DNA of 64,000 nucleotides from an uncultured delta proteobacterium (GTDB taxonomy: Bacteria > Desulfobacterota > Binatia > UBA9968): assembly GCA_963840855.1 (NCBI GenBank), contig CAWJBB010000003.1, positions 32,001 through 96,000 of the forward strand. The letters are read 5' to 3'. The notes under the pieces were generated by a model that searched no databases, was not told the DNA's origin, and saw only the letters and a program-made list of their open reading frames with translations. Shown in pieces: positions 41,902 through 55,794 of this stretch. The stretch's first letter is position 1. Each line of letters opens with the position of its first letter. A program made the translations under genes and the position numbers.

Positions 41902-42123
41902 GATTTGTCACCGTCTCCCATTCGCTTCAAGCATCAAAAAAACCAACCCTTCACTAGACGTATCGGTCTGCCAATGCCCGTGCCACGGCGATGCCGCCGC
42001 GCTCTTAGCCGAGGCGCAACATGGGCGCCGCGGGTGAATTTCAAAATTAACTGAATTGCTACGGCCATGTCAATAAAGCGACCGTTCGGGTTGTGGTTCA
42101 GTTTGATTTCAACGCCGCATCGA

Positions 42124-42186
42124 TGTAGGGGCAGGCTCGTACGTGCCTGCCCTCCGAACGGGCAACGACAGAGGGTTGCCCCTGCA
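42124..42186. repeat. GTAG-type REP doublet (REPIN-like)
   Basis: tgtaggggcaggc-N8-gcctgccc ... gggcaac-N8-gttgcccctgca. Confidence 0.7.
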
Positions 42187-42217
42187 AATTTTGGCGCATC
42201 TGAACCAATACCGCCGT

Positions 42218-43108
42218 TCATTCACGAAAAACCCGCCCTAGCCGCCAGCCGGAAACGTCGCTCCATTCAGCCAGCGCGACCAGGTTGCCCTGGCGGTCCA
42301 GAATCGGCGCGAGTTTTCCTCCCGCAAGGGGATTGCCGAGCTGGGCCAAAATATCTTGCTGTCCCAGGCGCAGCCGCGCGATCCAACGGTTGTCCCAAGT
42401 CACTGAAGGCAGATGGCTGAGCGCCACCGCCAGTGACACGAGAGCCCCGGAGGGCGCGGTTTTTGCCTCCTCCAACTGAGCGAGCGTTATCGCCTGATCG
42501 ATGCTTAAGCGGCCACAGGATAGGCGTCGAAGACTCTTGAGATGCGCGCCGCAACTCAAAGCCACGCCCATATCCGCCGCCAACGTGCGCACGTAGGTGC
42601 CTCGTGAACAGGTCACGTCCAGCTCGATCTCCGTTTCATCGAGCTGAACAAGACTCAGCATTTCAACCCGCACCGCGCGCGGCGCCCGGGGTACTTCTCG
42701 GCCCTGGCGCGCCAGTCGGTACAAGCGCACGCCGTCTTTTTTTAAAGCGGAGAACATCGGCGGAATCTGTTGCAACTCGCCGGTGAACTGTGCTGCCAAA
42801 CGCTCGAGGCGTTCGGCATCAAGCGCCGGCACAGGCCGCGTCTCAACCACATTGCCGGTGGCATCCTGGGAGTCGGTGGCCACTCCGAGAACCATGACGC
42901 CGCGGTAGCGCTTGGAAGCGCTCAAAAAAATATCCGCGATCTTGGTGCCTTCATTGATCCCCAAGAGGAGTAATCCCGACGCAAATGGGTCCAGCGTGCC
43001 GAGGTGGCCGGCCTTTTTAGCGCCAAGGATCACCTTGACGCGTTGAACGACTTGCGCCGAGGAAGGGCCCGCCGGTTTATCGATGAGCAGAATGCCACTC
43101 CGAGTCAT
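42218..43108 (-). CDS. truB: tRNA pseudouridine-55 synthase
   Basis: DKPAG, KAGHLGTLDPFASG, PPMFSALK, GTYVRTL. Confidence 0.96.
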   Translation of the reverse strand: MTRSGILLIDKPAGPSSAQVVQRVKVILGAKKAGHLGTLDPFASGLLLLGINEGTKIADIFLSASKRYRGVMVLGVATDSQDATGNVVETRPVPALDAERLERLAAQFTGELQQIPPMFSALKKDGVRLYRLARQGREVPRAPRAVRVEMLSLVQLDETEIELDVTCSRGTYVRTLAADMGVALSCGAHLKSLRRLSCGRLSIDQAITLAQLEEAKTAPSGALVSLAVALSHLPSVTWDNRWIARLRLGQQDILAQLGNPLAGGKLAPILDRQGNLVALAEWSDVSGWRLGRVFRE

Positions 43109-43123
43109 ATGCAATAAATTGCC

Positions 43124-43228
43124 CGTTCAATGTTCAATGTTCAACGTCCCCACCGCCCAACCTCGAACCTTGAACGCGGAACCTTGAATCGCGCCGAAGG
43201 TGCCACGTTGAACTTTGAACGTTGAACC
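43124..43228. repeat. Inverted 7-mer tandem-repeat element (gttcaa/ttgaac family)
   Basis: (gttcaat)x3 followed by multiple ttgaac units. Confidence 0.8.
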
Positions 43229-43245
43229 GCACACGCAGTGTGCTC

Positions 43246-43812
43246 CTACTGATCAGAAGGCGTTAACGGCGCCCGGTTCTGCAACCAGAGGAAACCCCGA
43301 TAGAGATATTGAATGCCCGAGAGCATTGTCGCCGCCGCCGTGGTGGCGATCAGAGTATCCAGGGTGAGCGCTGGTAACAGCTTTGGATCGTGGAGCGAGG
43401 TCAAAGCCGCCGCCAGAGTTGCCAGCTGTAGCATCGTGCTGCCTTTACCGATCAAAGTTGGCCGGGCCACGAACTTTTCTTCGATCTGATAAAAAATTAT
43501 GCCGAAACCAAGCAAAATAAATATATCGCGCATCACCACGATGACCACCAGCCATATTGGAATGGCTTCAATGGAACCGAGCATCACGTAGGACGAGAAC
43601 ACCAACAATTTATCGGCCACGGGGTCCAAGTACGCGCCCAGCCGAGTTTCCTGATGCAAACAGCGCGCCGCGAGGCCATCGAGAAAGTCGGTAACCGCGC
43701 CGAAAATAAAAATAATCAATGCTTCCGAATACCGGTGATAGGCCAAATAGGCGAGAAAGAACGGAATCGTCAGAATACGAATCAGCGTTAAGAAATTGGG
43801 CAGATTAAGCAT
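43246..43812 (-). CDS. CDP-alcohol phosphatidyltransferase (PgsA-like)
   Basis: NLPNFLTLIR and DFLDGLAAR..GAYLDPVADK. Confidence 0.9.
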   Translation of the reverse strand: MLNLPNFLTLIRILTIPFFLAYLAYHRYSEALIIFIFGAVTDFLDGLAARCLHQETRLGAYLDPVADKLLVFSSYVMLGSIEAIPIWLVVIVVMRDIFILLGFGIIFYQIEEKFVARPTLIGKGSTMLQLATLAAALTSLHDPKLLPALTLDTLIATTAAATMLSGIQYLYRGFLWLQNRAPLTPSDQ

Positions 43813-43832
43813 CGCAACTCTTGGGCGCGAAC

Positions 43833-43910
43833 GGAATGGAGCGTTGGAGTAATGGAGTATTGGGATTCGAACCCAGCACTCCACCACTCCAGTACTCCGT
43901 GTACTCCAGT
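43833..43910. repeat. Inverted 8-mer tandem-repeat hairpin (tggagtNN/NNactcca family)
   Basis: About four tggagt units, a short loop, then about four actcc(a) units; relative of 54643-54716. Confidence 0.85.
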
Positions 43911-43952
43911 TTCTATGAGGCGATTGAGGGCAATAGCCCATATGAGTCGCTT

Positions 43953-45232
<1,280 letters not shown>

Positions 45233-45236
<4 letters not shown>

Positions 45237-48200
45237 TTGGCCAAAGAATGAAAGCTGACCCGCGCGCCGAAAAGTTTTTCCACCGATGCTTCCAGCTCAG
45301 GCGTGGCGGCCACGCGCACCTGGTTGGGCAGCTCGATGACGGTTTCGCTTAGGCTCGCGGCGTAGAGATGGAGAAACACCGTGCAGGGGCCGGGATATTC
45401 GAGCAGCATATCGCGTAGCCGCACCAACTCGTCGACGGAGATTTCGCTTTCGTGCGCATGCAGGTGGAGTTTCTCACCGTCGCGCCGGTCATTGCCAACG
45501 CCATTGCCGTTGGCGCGCCCCTTGGCGGCGGCTTCGGCCAGCAAACTGATTTCATTGGCGATGACTTGAATGCGCTCTTCGCCCGCTTCCAGCCGGCCCT
45601 TCACGAAAATCGGGTCGTCGGCGGAGAGCAGCTCGGCGCACTTTTTATAAACGTCGGGCCAGGCGATGATTTCGAGAAATCCGGTCTTGTCCTCGAGGTT
45701 GAAACTGCCGTAACGGTCGCCTTTCTTGGTATTGCGCAGTTTCAGCGCGGACACCACGCCGCCGATCTTGACTTCGCCGGGAGTGGCTTTTTCTTTTAGC
45801 GCGGCGATGGAGCCGTTGGTGATTTTCTTGATCGCGCGCTCGTATTTATCGAGCGGATGGCCCGTGATGTAAAACCCCAGCGCCTCCTTCTCGAAGGCCA
45901 GGGACTCCTGCGCCGACCATTCCGTCACCTGCGGATAAATGTCGCCGGGCTTTTTGCCTCCCTTGGCCGGGGCGCCGAGCACGGCGAAAATGTTGATCTG
46001 GTTGCTCTCCTGGTCTCTCTGATACGCCTGACCTCCCTCGCGTCGCGTCGTCCAACGCGCCAATCATGCGCTGCCGCGATATGCCGGTAGCGTCGAAGGC
46101 GCCGCACTTGATCAAGCTCTCGATCACCCGCTTGTTGACCGCCGTGAGATCGACCCGCCGGCAAAAATCGAATAACGATTCAAAGGGACCGTCTTTCCGG
46201 CGGCTATCGAGAATCACTTCCACCGCCTTCGCGCCGACGTTTTTTACCGCGGCCAGACCGAAACGAATTTTGTCGCCCACCGGGGTAAAATTCGAGCGGC
46301 TCTCATTGACATCCGGCGCGAGCACTTCGATGCCCTTTTGGCGGCACTCGGCAAGGTTCTTAATGACCTTGTCCGTGTCATCCATTTCCGAGGTCATCAG
46401 CGCCGCCATAAACTCCACCCGATAGTGCGCTTTCAAGTAAGCCGTTTGATACGATACCAAGGCATACGCCGCGGAGTGAGACTTATTGAAGCCGTAGCGC
46501 GCGAAAGTTTCCATCTGGTCGAAAATCTCGGTCGCCTGCTCATGGCTGATTTTTTTCGCCTCGGCGCCCTCGACGAAGCGCTCCCGTTGCGCCGCCATCT
46601 CCTCGGGGTCTTTTTTGCCCATAGCGCGGCGCAAGATATCGGCGTCGCCCATGCTGTAGCCACCGAGCACCTGGGCGATCTGCATCACCTGCTCTTGATA
46701 CACGATGACGCCATAGGTGTCCTTCAGAATCGGCTCAAGCAGCGGATGCAGATACTTGATCTTCTCTTTGCCATGTTTGCGCTTGATGTACTCTTCAGCC
46801 ATGCCGCTATCGAGGGGACCAGGACGGTAGAGCGCCAAAATCGCCACCAAATCTTCGAAACAGTTGGGGCGAATCTTTACCGTCATCTCGCGGATGCCCG
46901 TGCTTTCCAGTTGGAACACGCCGGTGGTGTTGCCGTCGCACAGGAGCCGGTAGGTCTTTTTGTCGTTGAGAGCGAGATGTGGGATATCGACTTTCACCCC
47001 CTGGCTCTCATCGATGAGCTTCAAGCAATCATGAATCAACGTCAACGTCTTAAGACCGAGAAAATCGAATTTCACCAAACCGATCTTCTCCACGCTGCCC
47101 ATGTCGAACTGGGTGACGATGCCGCCTTCTTTATCAACGAACAAAGGCAGGTGGTCCACCAGCGGCAGATTGGAGAGCACGACGCCCGCCGCGTGGGTAG
47201 AAGCATGGCGCACCAGGCCTTCGAGACGAAGCGCGTGGCCGATCAGAGTCTGCACCCGTTGATCGGCCTTGATCAGTTCTTGGAGCCGCGGCTCCATTTT
47301 AATCGATTCTTGCAGCGGATAGTCGAAGCCCTGTTTGGGCGCCGGGATGAGCTTGGCGATGGCGTCGGCTTCAGCAAACGAGAAACCCAGCGCGCGCCCG
47401 ACATCCTTGATTGCCGCCTTGGCTTTGAGCGTTCCGAAGGTGGCGATTTGCGCTACCCGGTCGGCGCCATATTTGTCCTTGACGTATTGAATGACCTGGG
47501 ACCGGCCGCGGATGCAGAAATCGACGTCGATATCCGGCATGGAGCGGCGCTCGGGATTGAGGAAGCGCTCGAAAAGCAAGACATGGCGGATCGGGTCCAG
47601 GTCGGTGATTTTGAGCGCGTAGGCGACGAGACTCCCAGCCGACGAGCCGCGCCCAGGACCGACGGGGATGCCGTTACGTTTGGCGTAGTTGATGAAGTCG
47701 GCGACTACCAGGAAATAACCGGGAAACTGCATGCCCTTGATCACACCCAGCTCGTAATCTAGACGCTCGCGATAAGACTTGCGCAGCTCGGGATCGTCGA
47801 CACCTTCGAGCCTTTCGTCGAGGCCGCTGTGCGCCAACTCGTCTAGATAGTCATCGAGACTGATCTCTTTTGGCGGGGTGAAGGCCGGGAAGTGATACTT
47901 GCCAAACTCGATCTCGACGTTGCAGCGGTCGGCGATCTCCAGCGTACGCTCCACCGCGCCGGGGCAATAATCGAAGCCCCGCTGCATCTCCTCCGCCGAC
48001 TTGAGAAACAGCTCGTCAGTCTCGAGTCTCAACCGGTTGTCGTCCTCGACCGTCTTGCCGGTCTGCACCGCGAGCAGCACGTCATGCGCGTGGTAATCTT
48101 CGCGCTCGCCGTAGTGGCAGTCGTTGGTGGCCACCACCGGCAGCGACAAGTCCCGCGCCAGCTCGACTAAGAGCCGGTTGACCTTCTCCTGCTCAGCGAG

Positions 48201-48749
48201 CTTGTTGTCCTGGATTTCGACGTAGTAGCGGTCGCCGAATATCGACGCATAGCTCGCCGCGGCGGCGCGCGCCTTCTCCATGTTGCCATTGGACAGCGCT
48301 TGCGACACTTCGCCCTGAAGACAGGCGCTCAGAGCGATCAAACCGCCGTTGAACTCCATGAGCAGCTCTTTGTCGATGCGCGGCTTGTAATAAAACCCTT
48401 CGATGTAACCGAGAGAGACGAGCTTGCATAGATTGCGATAGCCGTCCCGGTTCATCGCCAGGAGAATCAAATGATTATTGTACTCCTTCGGTCCCTTATC
48501 GACGCCTTTCTTGTCGAAACGGCTGGTCGGCGCGACGTAGATTTCGCAGCCGATGATCGGTTTGATGCCTTTGCTCAAGGCCTCGCGGTAGAACTCGATG
48601 GCGCCGAACATATTGCCATGATCGGTCATGGCCACCGCCGGCTGCTTGAGCGCTTTGATGCGCTCGAAAAGCTTATCGACCTTGTTGGCCCCGTCGAGCA
48701 AACTGTATTCGGTGTGGCAATGTAAATGGACGAACCGGGAATGCTCCAT
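45233..48749 (-). CDS. dnaE: DNA polymerase III alpha subunit, +1 frameshift at 46035-46037
   Basis: [16 protein letters not shown] domain, [19 protein letters not shown]. The C-terminal [10 protein letters not shown] fold is in the next frame and rejoins if one base is removed. Confidence 0.96.
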
Positions 48750-48875
48750 CAGAATAAGCTATCTCTTAGCACAAAGAAATTTTTCGCTCAATTAGATCAA
48801 GATAAATTGTTGTCATGAGTTAGTGTCCCCCGTGTGGCAACAGTCCAAACCCTTACATTAACGAATAGCAAAGGT

Positions 48876-48941
48876 CGTCACTCCTGCGGCAGCGGGAATC
48901 CAGATGAGAGAAATCTGGATTCCGCTTTCACGGGAATGACG
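48876..48941. repeat. Palindromic REP-like element (GTCATTCCCGC/GCGGGAATCCAG type)
   Basis: cgtcactcctgcggcagcgggaatccag...ctggattccgctttcacgggaatgacg. Confidence 0.8.
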
Positions 48942-48952
48942 CACCGGGCGCA

Positions 48953-49396
48953 TCAGTTATCTACAGACTCCGGCCACAGACCGGCATCGACAAACGCATC
49001 AACCACCGCGCCGAGAATATTGGCGAACTTGATTTCTTTTCGCTCCGCCATCGCGATGCTCCTGAGTCTCTGGCCTTCATAAAGGGTCAATTCGGCCGGC
49101 GATCTATGGATGGTCGCCCAGTAAATATGTTTGACGTTGGGATAGGCATCCCCTTCTGCGCAGTAAAAGCGCCGAAACGCGTGCCAGGCCTTGAGCTCGA
49201 TACCGATCTCCTCCTTGACCTCGCGCACCAAGGCTTGTTCCGGTGTCTCATCTTTTTCCAAATGACCGCCGAAGAGGTCCCAATGATTTGGAAAGGGAAT
49301 CTCCGGATTATCGTCGCGCAGATAAATCAAGAGCCGCCGGTGGCGGTCGAAAAGCAAAACCTGCGCAATCTGTTTAACCCTGATAGATTCTTCCAT
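48953..49396 (-). CDS. NUDIX hydrolase
   Basis: GGHLEKDETPEQALVREVKEEIG Nudix box. Confidence 0.92.
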   Translation of the reverse strand: MEESIRVKQIAQVLLFDRHRRLLIYLRDDNPEIPFPNHWDLFGGHLEKDETPEQALVREVKEEIGIELKAWHAFRRFYCAEGDAYPNVKHIYWATIHRSPAELTLYEGQRLRSIAMAERKEIKFANILGAVVDAFVDAGLWPESVDN

Positions 49397-49524
49397 AAAC
49401 TCTGCCGAAAAACCCTATGACTGCTTTCGACCAAGCTCTTACTTTGGCAAGCTCAAGAACCCGGAAACTAAAGCGCTCCCCACGCCGCGAAGGCATCCCG
49501 GGGCACGAATAATCCCGCTGCAAT

Positions 49525-51081
49525 CTACTCCCACTCGATGGTCGCCGGGGGCTTGGACGATACGTCGTAGACCACGCGGTTGACGCCACGCACCTCGTTC
49601 AATATGCGGTTGGAAATTTTCCTCAGCAACTCCGCCGGCAGCGCCACCCAGTCGGCGGTCATGCCGTCCTGGCTATCGACCACCCGAAGCGCGACGACGT
49701 TTTCGTAACTACGCTCGTCGCCCACGACCCCGACGGTCTTGATCGGCAGCAAAACCGCGAACGACTGCCAGACTTTTTCATATAGATCTGCTGTCTTGAT
49801 CTCGTCGAGGACGATCACATCGGCGTCGCGGAGAATATCCAACCGCTCTTCCGTGACCTCGCCGAGTACGCGAATCGCCAGTCCGGGACCTGGAAAGGGC
49901 TGGCGTTGAATCATCTCTATGGGCAGGCCCAGCTCTTTGCCGAGGACTCTCACTTCGTCTTTGAATAATTCGCGCAGCGGCTCGACGAGCTTGAATTTCA
50001 TCTTGGTGGGCAAACCGCCGACATTGTGATGCGACTTGATGGTAGCTGAAGGCCCGAGCACCGAAACCGACTCGATCACGTCGGGATAAAGCGTCCCTTG
50101 AGCGAGATGTTCGATCTCACCGAGCTTCGCCGCCTCTTCCTCAAAGACTTCAATAAATTGGTGACCGATGCGCTTGCGTTTGATCTCAGGGTCCTCCACC
50201 CCCTTGAGCTCGGAGAGAAACAGCTCGCTGGCATCCACATAACGAAAACTGTTGGCGAAACGCTCGGCGAAAAGCTGGCAGACACGTTCCGCTTCGTTCT
50301 TGCGCAGTAGGCCGTTATTAACGAACACGCAGATCAGCCGGTCTTGGATGGCGCGGTGGACCAGAGTGGCGGCGACGGCGGAATCGACGCCGCCGCTGAG
50401 CGCGCAAAGAACGCGGCCATCGCCGACCTGGTCACGAATCTTCTTGACCGAGGATTCGATGAAATGCTCCATCGTCCAGCTCGGCTGGCAGCCGCAGACG
50501 CGAAATACGAAATTGTCGAGAATTTCTCTGCCGCGCGGCGTGTGTGCCACTTCGGGATGAAACTGCACGCCGAAGAAGCGCCGCGTGGAATCAGCGAATG
50601 CCGCAATGGGCGAGTTGCCGCTGTGGGCGAGAATGGTCCAGCCCTTGGGGTATGAGACCATTTTGTCGCCGTGGCTCATCCAGACCCGGGCCGGCGGGTG
50701 TTTAGTGAAGCCGTGGAAGAGATCGGCGTCATTGTCGATGGTTAAATCGGCTGGGCCATATTCGCGATGGTCGGCGCGCGCGGCTTCGCCGCCGAAAGCG
50801 AGGTTGATCATGCCCATCCCATAACAGATCCCGAGGAACGGTACGGGCAGCTGAAAAATCGCCGGGCTGACTTTTGGAGCGGTTTCCTGGTAGATGCTCG
50901 CCGGACCGCCGGAAAGAATAATGCCTTCAGGTTGGAGGTCCTTGATTTTTTCCAGCGTGATGTTGAACGGGTGGATTTCGCAGTAAACCTTGGATTCCCG
51001 GATGCGCCGCGCGATGAGTTGGGTGTACTGCGAACCGAAGTCAAGAACAAGAATCATTCCATAATCCGAAAGTAAGCTCAC
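49525..51081 (-). CDS. guaA: GMP synthase (glutamine-hydrolysing)
   Basis: [41 protein letters not shown]. Confidence 0.98.
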   Translation of the reverse strand: MSLLSDYGMILVLDFGSQYTQLIARRIRESKVYCEIHPFNITLEKIKDLQPEGIILSGGPASIYQETAPKVSPAIFQLPVPFLGICYGMGMINLAFGGEAARADHREYGPADLTIDNDADLFHGFTKHPPARVWMSHGDKMVSYPKGWTILAHSGNSPIAAFADSTRRFFGVQFHPEVAHTPRGREILDNFVFRVCGCQPSWTMEHFIESSVKKIRDQVGDGRVLCALSGGVDSAVAATLVHRAIQDRLICVFVNNGLLRKNEAERVCQLFAERFANSFRYVDASELFLSELKGVEDPEIKRKRIGHQFIEVFEEEAAKLGEIEHLAQGTLYPDVIESVSVLGPSATIKSHHNVGGLPTKMKFKLVEPLRELFKDEVRVLGKELGLPIEMIQRQPFPGPGLAIRVLGEVTEERLDILRDADVIVLDEIKTADLYEKVWQSFAVLLPIKTVGVVGDERSYENVVALRVVDSQDGMTADWVALPAELLRKISNRILNEVRGVNRVVYDVSSKPPATIEWE

Positions 51082-51100
51082 AACCCATTAATTGACCTGG

Positions 51101-51211
51101 CCGTCGAGAAGGCGGTGGGTGGGAGGCGACCTTAGGGCTCGCACCAGAGCGTACATCGGCAGTGCGTCAGGATGCGAGCCAGAGGTGACAGCAAGTGCGC
51201 CCTATCGACGG
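51101..51211. repeat. Nested palindromic element (MITE-like) between guaB and guaA
   Basis: Outer ccgtcga..tcgacgg and inner ggctcgca..tgcgagcc inverted repeats. Confidence 0.55.
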
Positions 51212-51218
51212 ATCGGGA

Positions 51219-52688
<1,470 letters not shown>

Positions 52689-52745
52689 TCACCTCCGTGC
52701 TCAGCTAACAGAGTGCCGAAAAACTCTGGTATCAGGCTTCCTGCT

Positions 52746-52775
52746 AAAAAAAAACCCAGACCGGGGCCTGGGTTT
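52746..52775 (-). terminator. Intrinsic terminator within the guaB leader
   Basis: AAACCCAGG-CCCCGG-TCTGGG followed by T9, about 60 nt upstream of the guaB GTG. Confidence 0.75.
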
Positions 52776-52812
52776 CGAGAGGATTGCGCTTGTTTCAGTG
52801 CAAACATAAATT

Positions 52813-52841
52813 CTTATAGCAGGAAAATTTTCTTGAGACAA
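52813..52841 (-). promoter_or_regulatory. Sigma70-type promoter of guaBA
   Basis: TTGTCT-N17-TATAAG with an extended -10 TG. Confidence 0.65.
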
Positions 52842-52892
52842 GTTTGCCTGATTGAGCGCATCCAATCGATGTGATAGCTACAAATCCACACT

Positions 52893-53126
52893 ATGCCGCT
52901 GTACGAATACAATTGCGCCAAGGGACACCGTTTCGAGTCCATCCAAAAGGTCAGCGACCGGCCGCTCAAGCGCTGCGACATTTGCTCCGCCCCCGCCACG
53001 CGTGCCATCTCACAGCCGACCTTGCTCCATAACCGCGGTGTCCATGTCTTCGACCGGGTCACCAAAGACGATGCCCTGCGCGCCCGCCCTTCTTCCCTCA
53101 AATCGTTTAAGAAAGACAAATTCTAG
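52893..53126 (+). CDS. FmdB-family zinc-ribbon protein
   Basis: MPLYEYNC..GHRFE..Q..CDIC. Confidence 0.85.
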   Translation: MPLYEYNCAKGHRFESIQKVSDRPLKRCDICSAPATRAISQPTLLHNRGVHVFDRVTKDDALRARPSSLKSFKKDKF

Positions 53127-53162
53127 AACCGACTGGCTCACCTCAAGAGCGAGCCAGCCGGA

Positions 53163-53250
53163 GTTCAAAGGTTCAATAGTTCAAGGTTGAGGTTCAAAGT
53201 ACGATTCGCCGAGTCCGACCTTGAACACTTAAACCTTTGAACCTTTGAAC
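53163..53250. repeat. Inverted tandem-repeat hairpin (gttcaa/ttgaac family) between convergent genes
   Basis: Four gttcaa units, a spacer, then four ttgaac-like units. Confidence 0.85.
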
Positions 53251-53252
53251 GA

Positions 53253-54626
53253 TTATCCATAAATCCACTTGCCGGGATTCTGCGCATAGTCCTCGTACGA
53301 ACCGGGACAGGTGATGCCGGGAATTTGCGGAATCCAATCTTCGCGCAAAAAATCATCTGGGTTACCGTACGTTTCGGCGAGTCGGCGCACCTCAGGATCG
53401 TCCAGAGCCGTCAGCCGGCCATCGCGGATAATCGTATATTCCTTGCCCCTTTTGGTGGTGATGGTGAAGGTCGGGAAAAGCAAATGAATATGCAAATGGC
53501 CGTAGAGAATGCCATTCTCACCGGCCCACTTTTCTTCAGCCGAGCGCCACAGGGTGCCGAAGCCCATATGAATTACGCCGGAACGGCGCCGCTCCCATTC
53601 GAAGCCACCGGAAGAGTGCTTTTCGATGCCGCTCGGCCGCATGATTTTTGGATTGGTTCCGATGGCGACTTCCCAGAGATAAAACAGCCCCGGACGCGGA
53701 AAGCACGGATACTGTGTGCGCTTGCTTTCTTCCAGCAGGTCGCGCCACGCATCACCATAAGCGGCGCCGCCGCTCACTTTAACGATTTGCCCGCCTTCCA
53801 TCTCGACTTTCACTTGCGGGAAAGCCCTTGAAAAATGGCTCGTCGTGCCGGCCACTACGCCGGCGGCGTCTTCCTTGGCGATGATCGGCGGCACGGGATG
53901 ACCAAACAGATGCCCGTTGCGCGGCGAGGCCGCAAAACCATAGCGCGTGCCATCGTAGTACTCTTCCCAATAGGTCCAGGTAAGATCGGTGCCTTCGGCG
54001 TCCGTTAGCCGCACGCGCCCGCCGCGCCCATATTGCCAGATCGGATCCCAGGTTTTTTTATTGATCAGCAGATGGAGATCCAAAGGATAGGTCGTGGAGC
54101 GCTGGAGAAAATGCTCGGGGCGGAGCCACGGAATCTGCTCGTAGCGAAAATCTGTTTTGGGGATCGGTCCGCCCTTGCCGTGGATAAGCAGATCGTATCC
54201 GCCGCGTAGCGCGAAGTCTTCGATATACGGCATCCCTTCCCAACGGCGCGGATTGTTGTCCCATGGCTCGCGCCGCATGATGACTTCAATTTCATCTTGA
54301 TAATCGAACAGCCGGTCGGGGTTGCCCATATCGGCGATCAGGATATCGACATGGGCGCCCTTTTCGCGCAAGGCCGCGGCGACGGCATTGGGCACATCGT
54401 GATCGTACTCGCGATCGATGGCGATCAGCACTCTGTTGCCCGATTTGGTTTTGTTGTAGCCGACGAAGCCGATATGGCTGTCGCGGTTTTCCCGCGCATT
54501 CGCCAGCGCCCGCGCGAAAGGCATCAACCGAGAAAGATCAGCCGAGCGCAGTCCAGCGCGCCGCAGCTGCTCTTCCCTGGGAACCGCGCTGCTCAAACCT
54601 ACGCCATCATCGGCTGTGTCGCACAT
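53253..54626 (-). CDS. Uncharacterised metalloprotein, probable M29 peptidase/NicX-like fold
   Basis: GTDLT, EVAIGTNP, SGVIHMGFG and GHLHIH motifs. Confidence 0.55.
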   Translation of the reverse strand: MCDTADDGVGLSSAVPREEQLRRAGLRSADLSRLMPFARALANARENRDSHIGFVGYNKTKSGNRVLIAIDREYDHDVPNAVAAALREKGAHVDILIADMGNPDRLFDYQDEIEVIMRREPWDNNPRRWEGMPYIEDFALRGGYDLLIHGKGGPIPKTDFRYEQIPWLRPEHFLQRSTTYPLDLHLLINKKTWDPIWQYGRGGRVRLTDAEGTDLTWTYWEEYYDGTRYGFAASPRNGHLFGHPVPPIIAKEDAAGVVAGTTSHFSRAFPQVKVEMEGGQIVKVSGGAAYGDAWRDLLEESKRTQYPCFPRPGLFYLWEVAIGTNPKIMRPSGIEKHSSGGFEWERRRSGVIHMGFGTLWRSAEEKWAGENGILYGHLHIHLLFPTFTITTKRGKEYTIIRDGRLTALDDPEVRRLAETYGNPDDFLREDWIPQIPGITCPGSYEDYAQNPGKWIYG

Positions 54627-54642
54627 AAAAACCCCTCAATCC

Positions 54643-54716
54643 TGGAACGTTGGAGTGATGGAGTGTTGGGGTCCGGAGCCGTCTGAAACCCATTACTCCA
54701 TCACTCCACTACTCCA
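54643..54716. repeat. Inverted 8-mer tandem-repeat hairpin (tggagt/actcca family)
   Basis: tggagtgatggagtgttggg...cccattactccatcactccactactcca. Confidence 0.85.
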
Positions 54717-54727
54717 TTGTCCCGTTC

Positions 54728-55639
54728 TTACAGACAGTTCTTCTTCACCCACTCGACGATCTCGCCACGCTTGGCGAACCAGATATCGGGAAATGACTTG
54801 GCGTACTTGATGCAGTCATCGTAAACCTTGCCGGTGGCCGGGAAAGCCATCTGGCAATGCATGGCCAAGGTGAGCATCCGGGGCTGTGCTTCGGATTCTT
54901 CGTAGAGAATATCGAACTCATCCTTGAACGAGTGAAAAACATCCCGCGCCATTATGCCGCGGCGGTACATGCCAGTATCGTTCAAGCCGCTGATGGCGTT
55001 CTTGTACGGCACGATGATCATGATCTTGCCGTTGACGGTGGCGGGATACGGATTATCGTCGTTGACCGCGTCGCCATGCCACGTAAACCCTTCATCGGCG
55101 AGGATTCCCAGCGTGCGCTCGGTGTGGCGCATGCCGGAGGTGAGCCATCCCGTCGGCCGCGCGCCGACGAAGTCCTCGAACATCTTCGCGCAGGTGCGGA
55201 TCTCCTCGCGCTCTTGTTCTTCGGTCAGATGGATTAATTGAACGTCTTCGGCATAGGAGTGGCCGACGATCTCGTGGCCACGCTCGTGAACCGCTTTTAC
55301 CGCTTCGGGATAGCGATGGATGCACAGCGCGTTGGTATTGAACGAGGCCTTGACCTCGTATTTGTCCAAGATGCGCAAAATCCGCCAGACGCCGGTCCGG
55401 CCGCCGTAATCGTTCTCACTGGCGGTGCGGCAGTCGTACTGCGAGACCACGTCGTCTTCTTTTATGGGATTGGATCCGCCGACATGATGCGTGCGGCGAT
55501 GCTTGGCATTCGGTATTTCGGTCCAGGCTTCCAAATTACCCGCCAAGGCCACCGCGATCCGCGCCCCATTGGGCCACTTGATTTTGATCTTCTTGGCCTT
55601 GGAATAGACGTCGTAAAAATTGTCGTGTTGCGGCATCAT
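54728..55639 (-). CDS. Polysaccharide-deacetylase-family protein (PuuE/allantoinase-like)
   Basis: WPNGARIAV, YGGRTGVWRI, GHEIVGHSY, RPTGW, PRMLTLAMH; RBS GGAGG before 55639. Confidence 0.8.
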   Translation of the reverse strand: MMPQHDNFYDVYSKAKKIKIKWPNGARIAVALAGNLEAWTEIPNAKHRRTHHVGGSNPIKEDDVVSQYDCRTASENDYGGRTGVWRILRILDKYEVKASFNTNALCIHRYPEAVKAVHERGHEIVGHSYAEDVQLIHLTEEQEREEIRTCAKMFEDFVGARPTGWLTSGMRHTERTLGILADEGFTWHGDAVNDDNPYPATVNGKIMIIVPYKNAISGLNDTGMYRRGIMARDVFHSFKDEFDILYEESEAQPRMLTLAMHCQMAFPATGKVYDDCIKYAKSFPDIWFAKRGEIVEWVKKNCL

Positions 55640-55794
55640 GGCTCGCTCACCCTCCTCGTATAACCGCGCAAATTTCTCTCGTTGTTTGGATATATGGAAA
55701 TCAAAAGTTGCTGTCAATCAACTGAACTCGAATCGATATCATTTGCCATCGGCAACTTATCTTCACTGAAGCGGCGCCATGAGCAACTATGCTT

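Noticed and set aside
43861-43876. tRNA T-arm-like GGGTTCGAATCCC on the minus strand
   Set aside because: It is only the loop of the tggagt/actcca repeat hairpin; no acceptor, D or anticodon arms are visible.
52703-52718. Sigma54-like or CIRCE-like motif just upstream of guaB (CGGCACTCTGTTAGCT)
   Set aside because: Mismatched at both boxes, very close to the RBS, and no full CIRCE palindrome. Not called, though it is the main alternative to the attenuator model.
52690-52810. Purine or c-di-GMP riboswitch in the guaB leader
   Set aside because: No aptamer consensus is recognisable and there is too little sequence between the promoter and the terminator.
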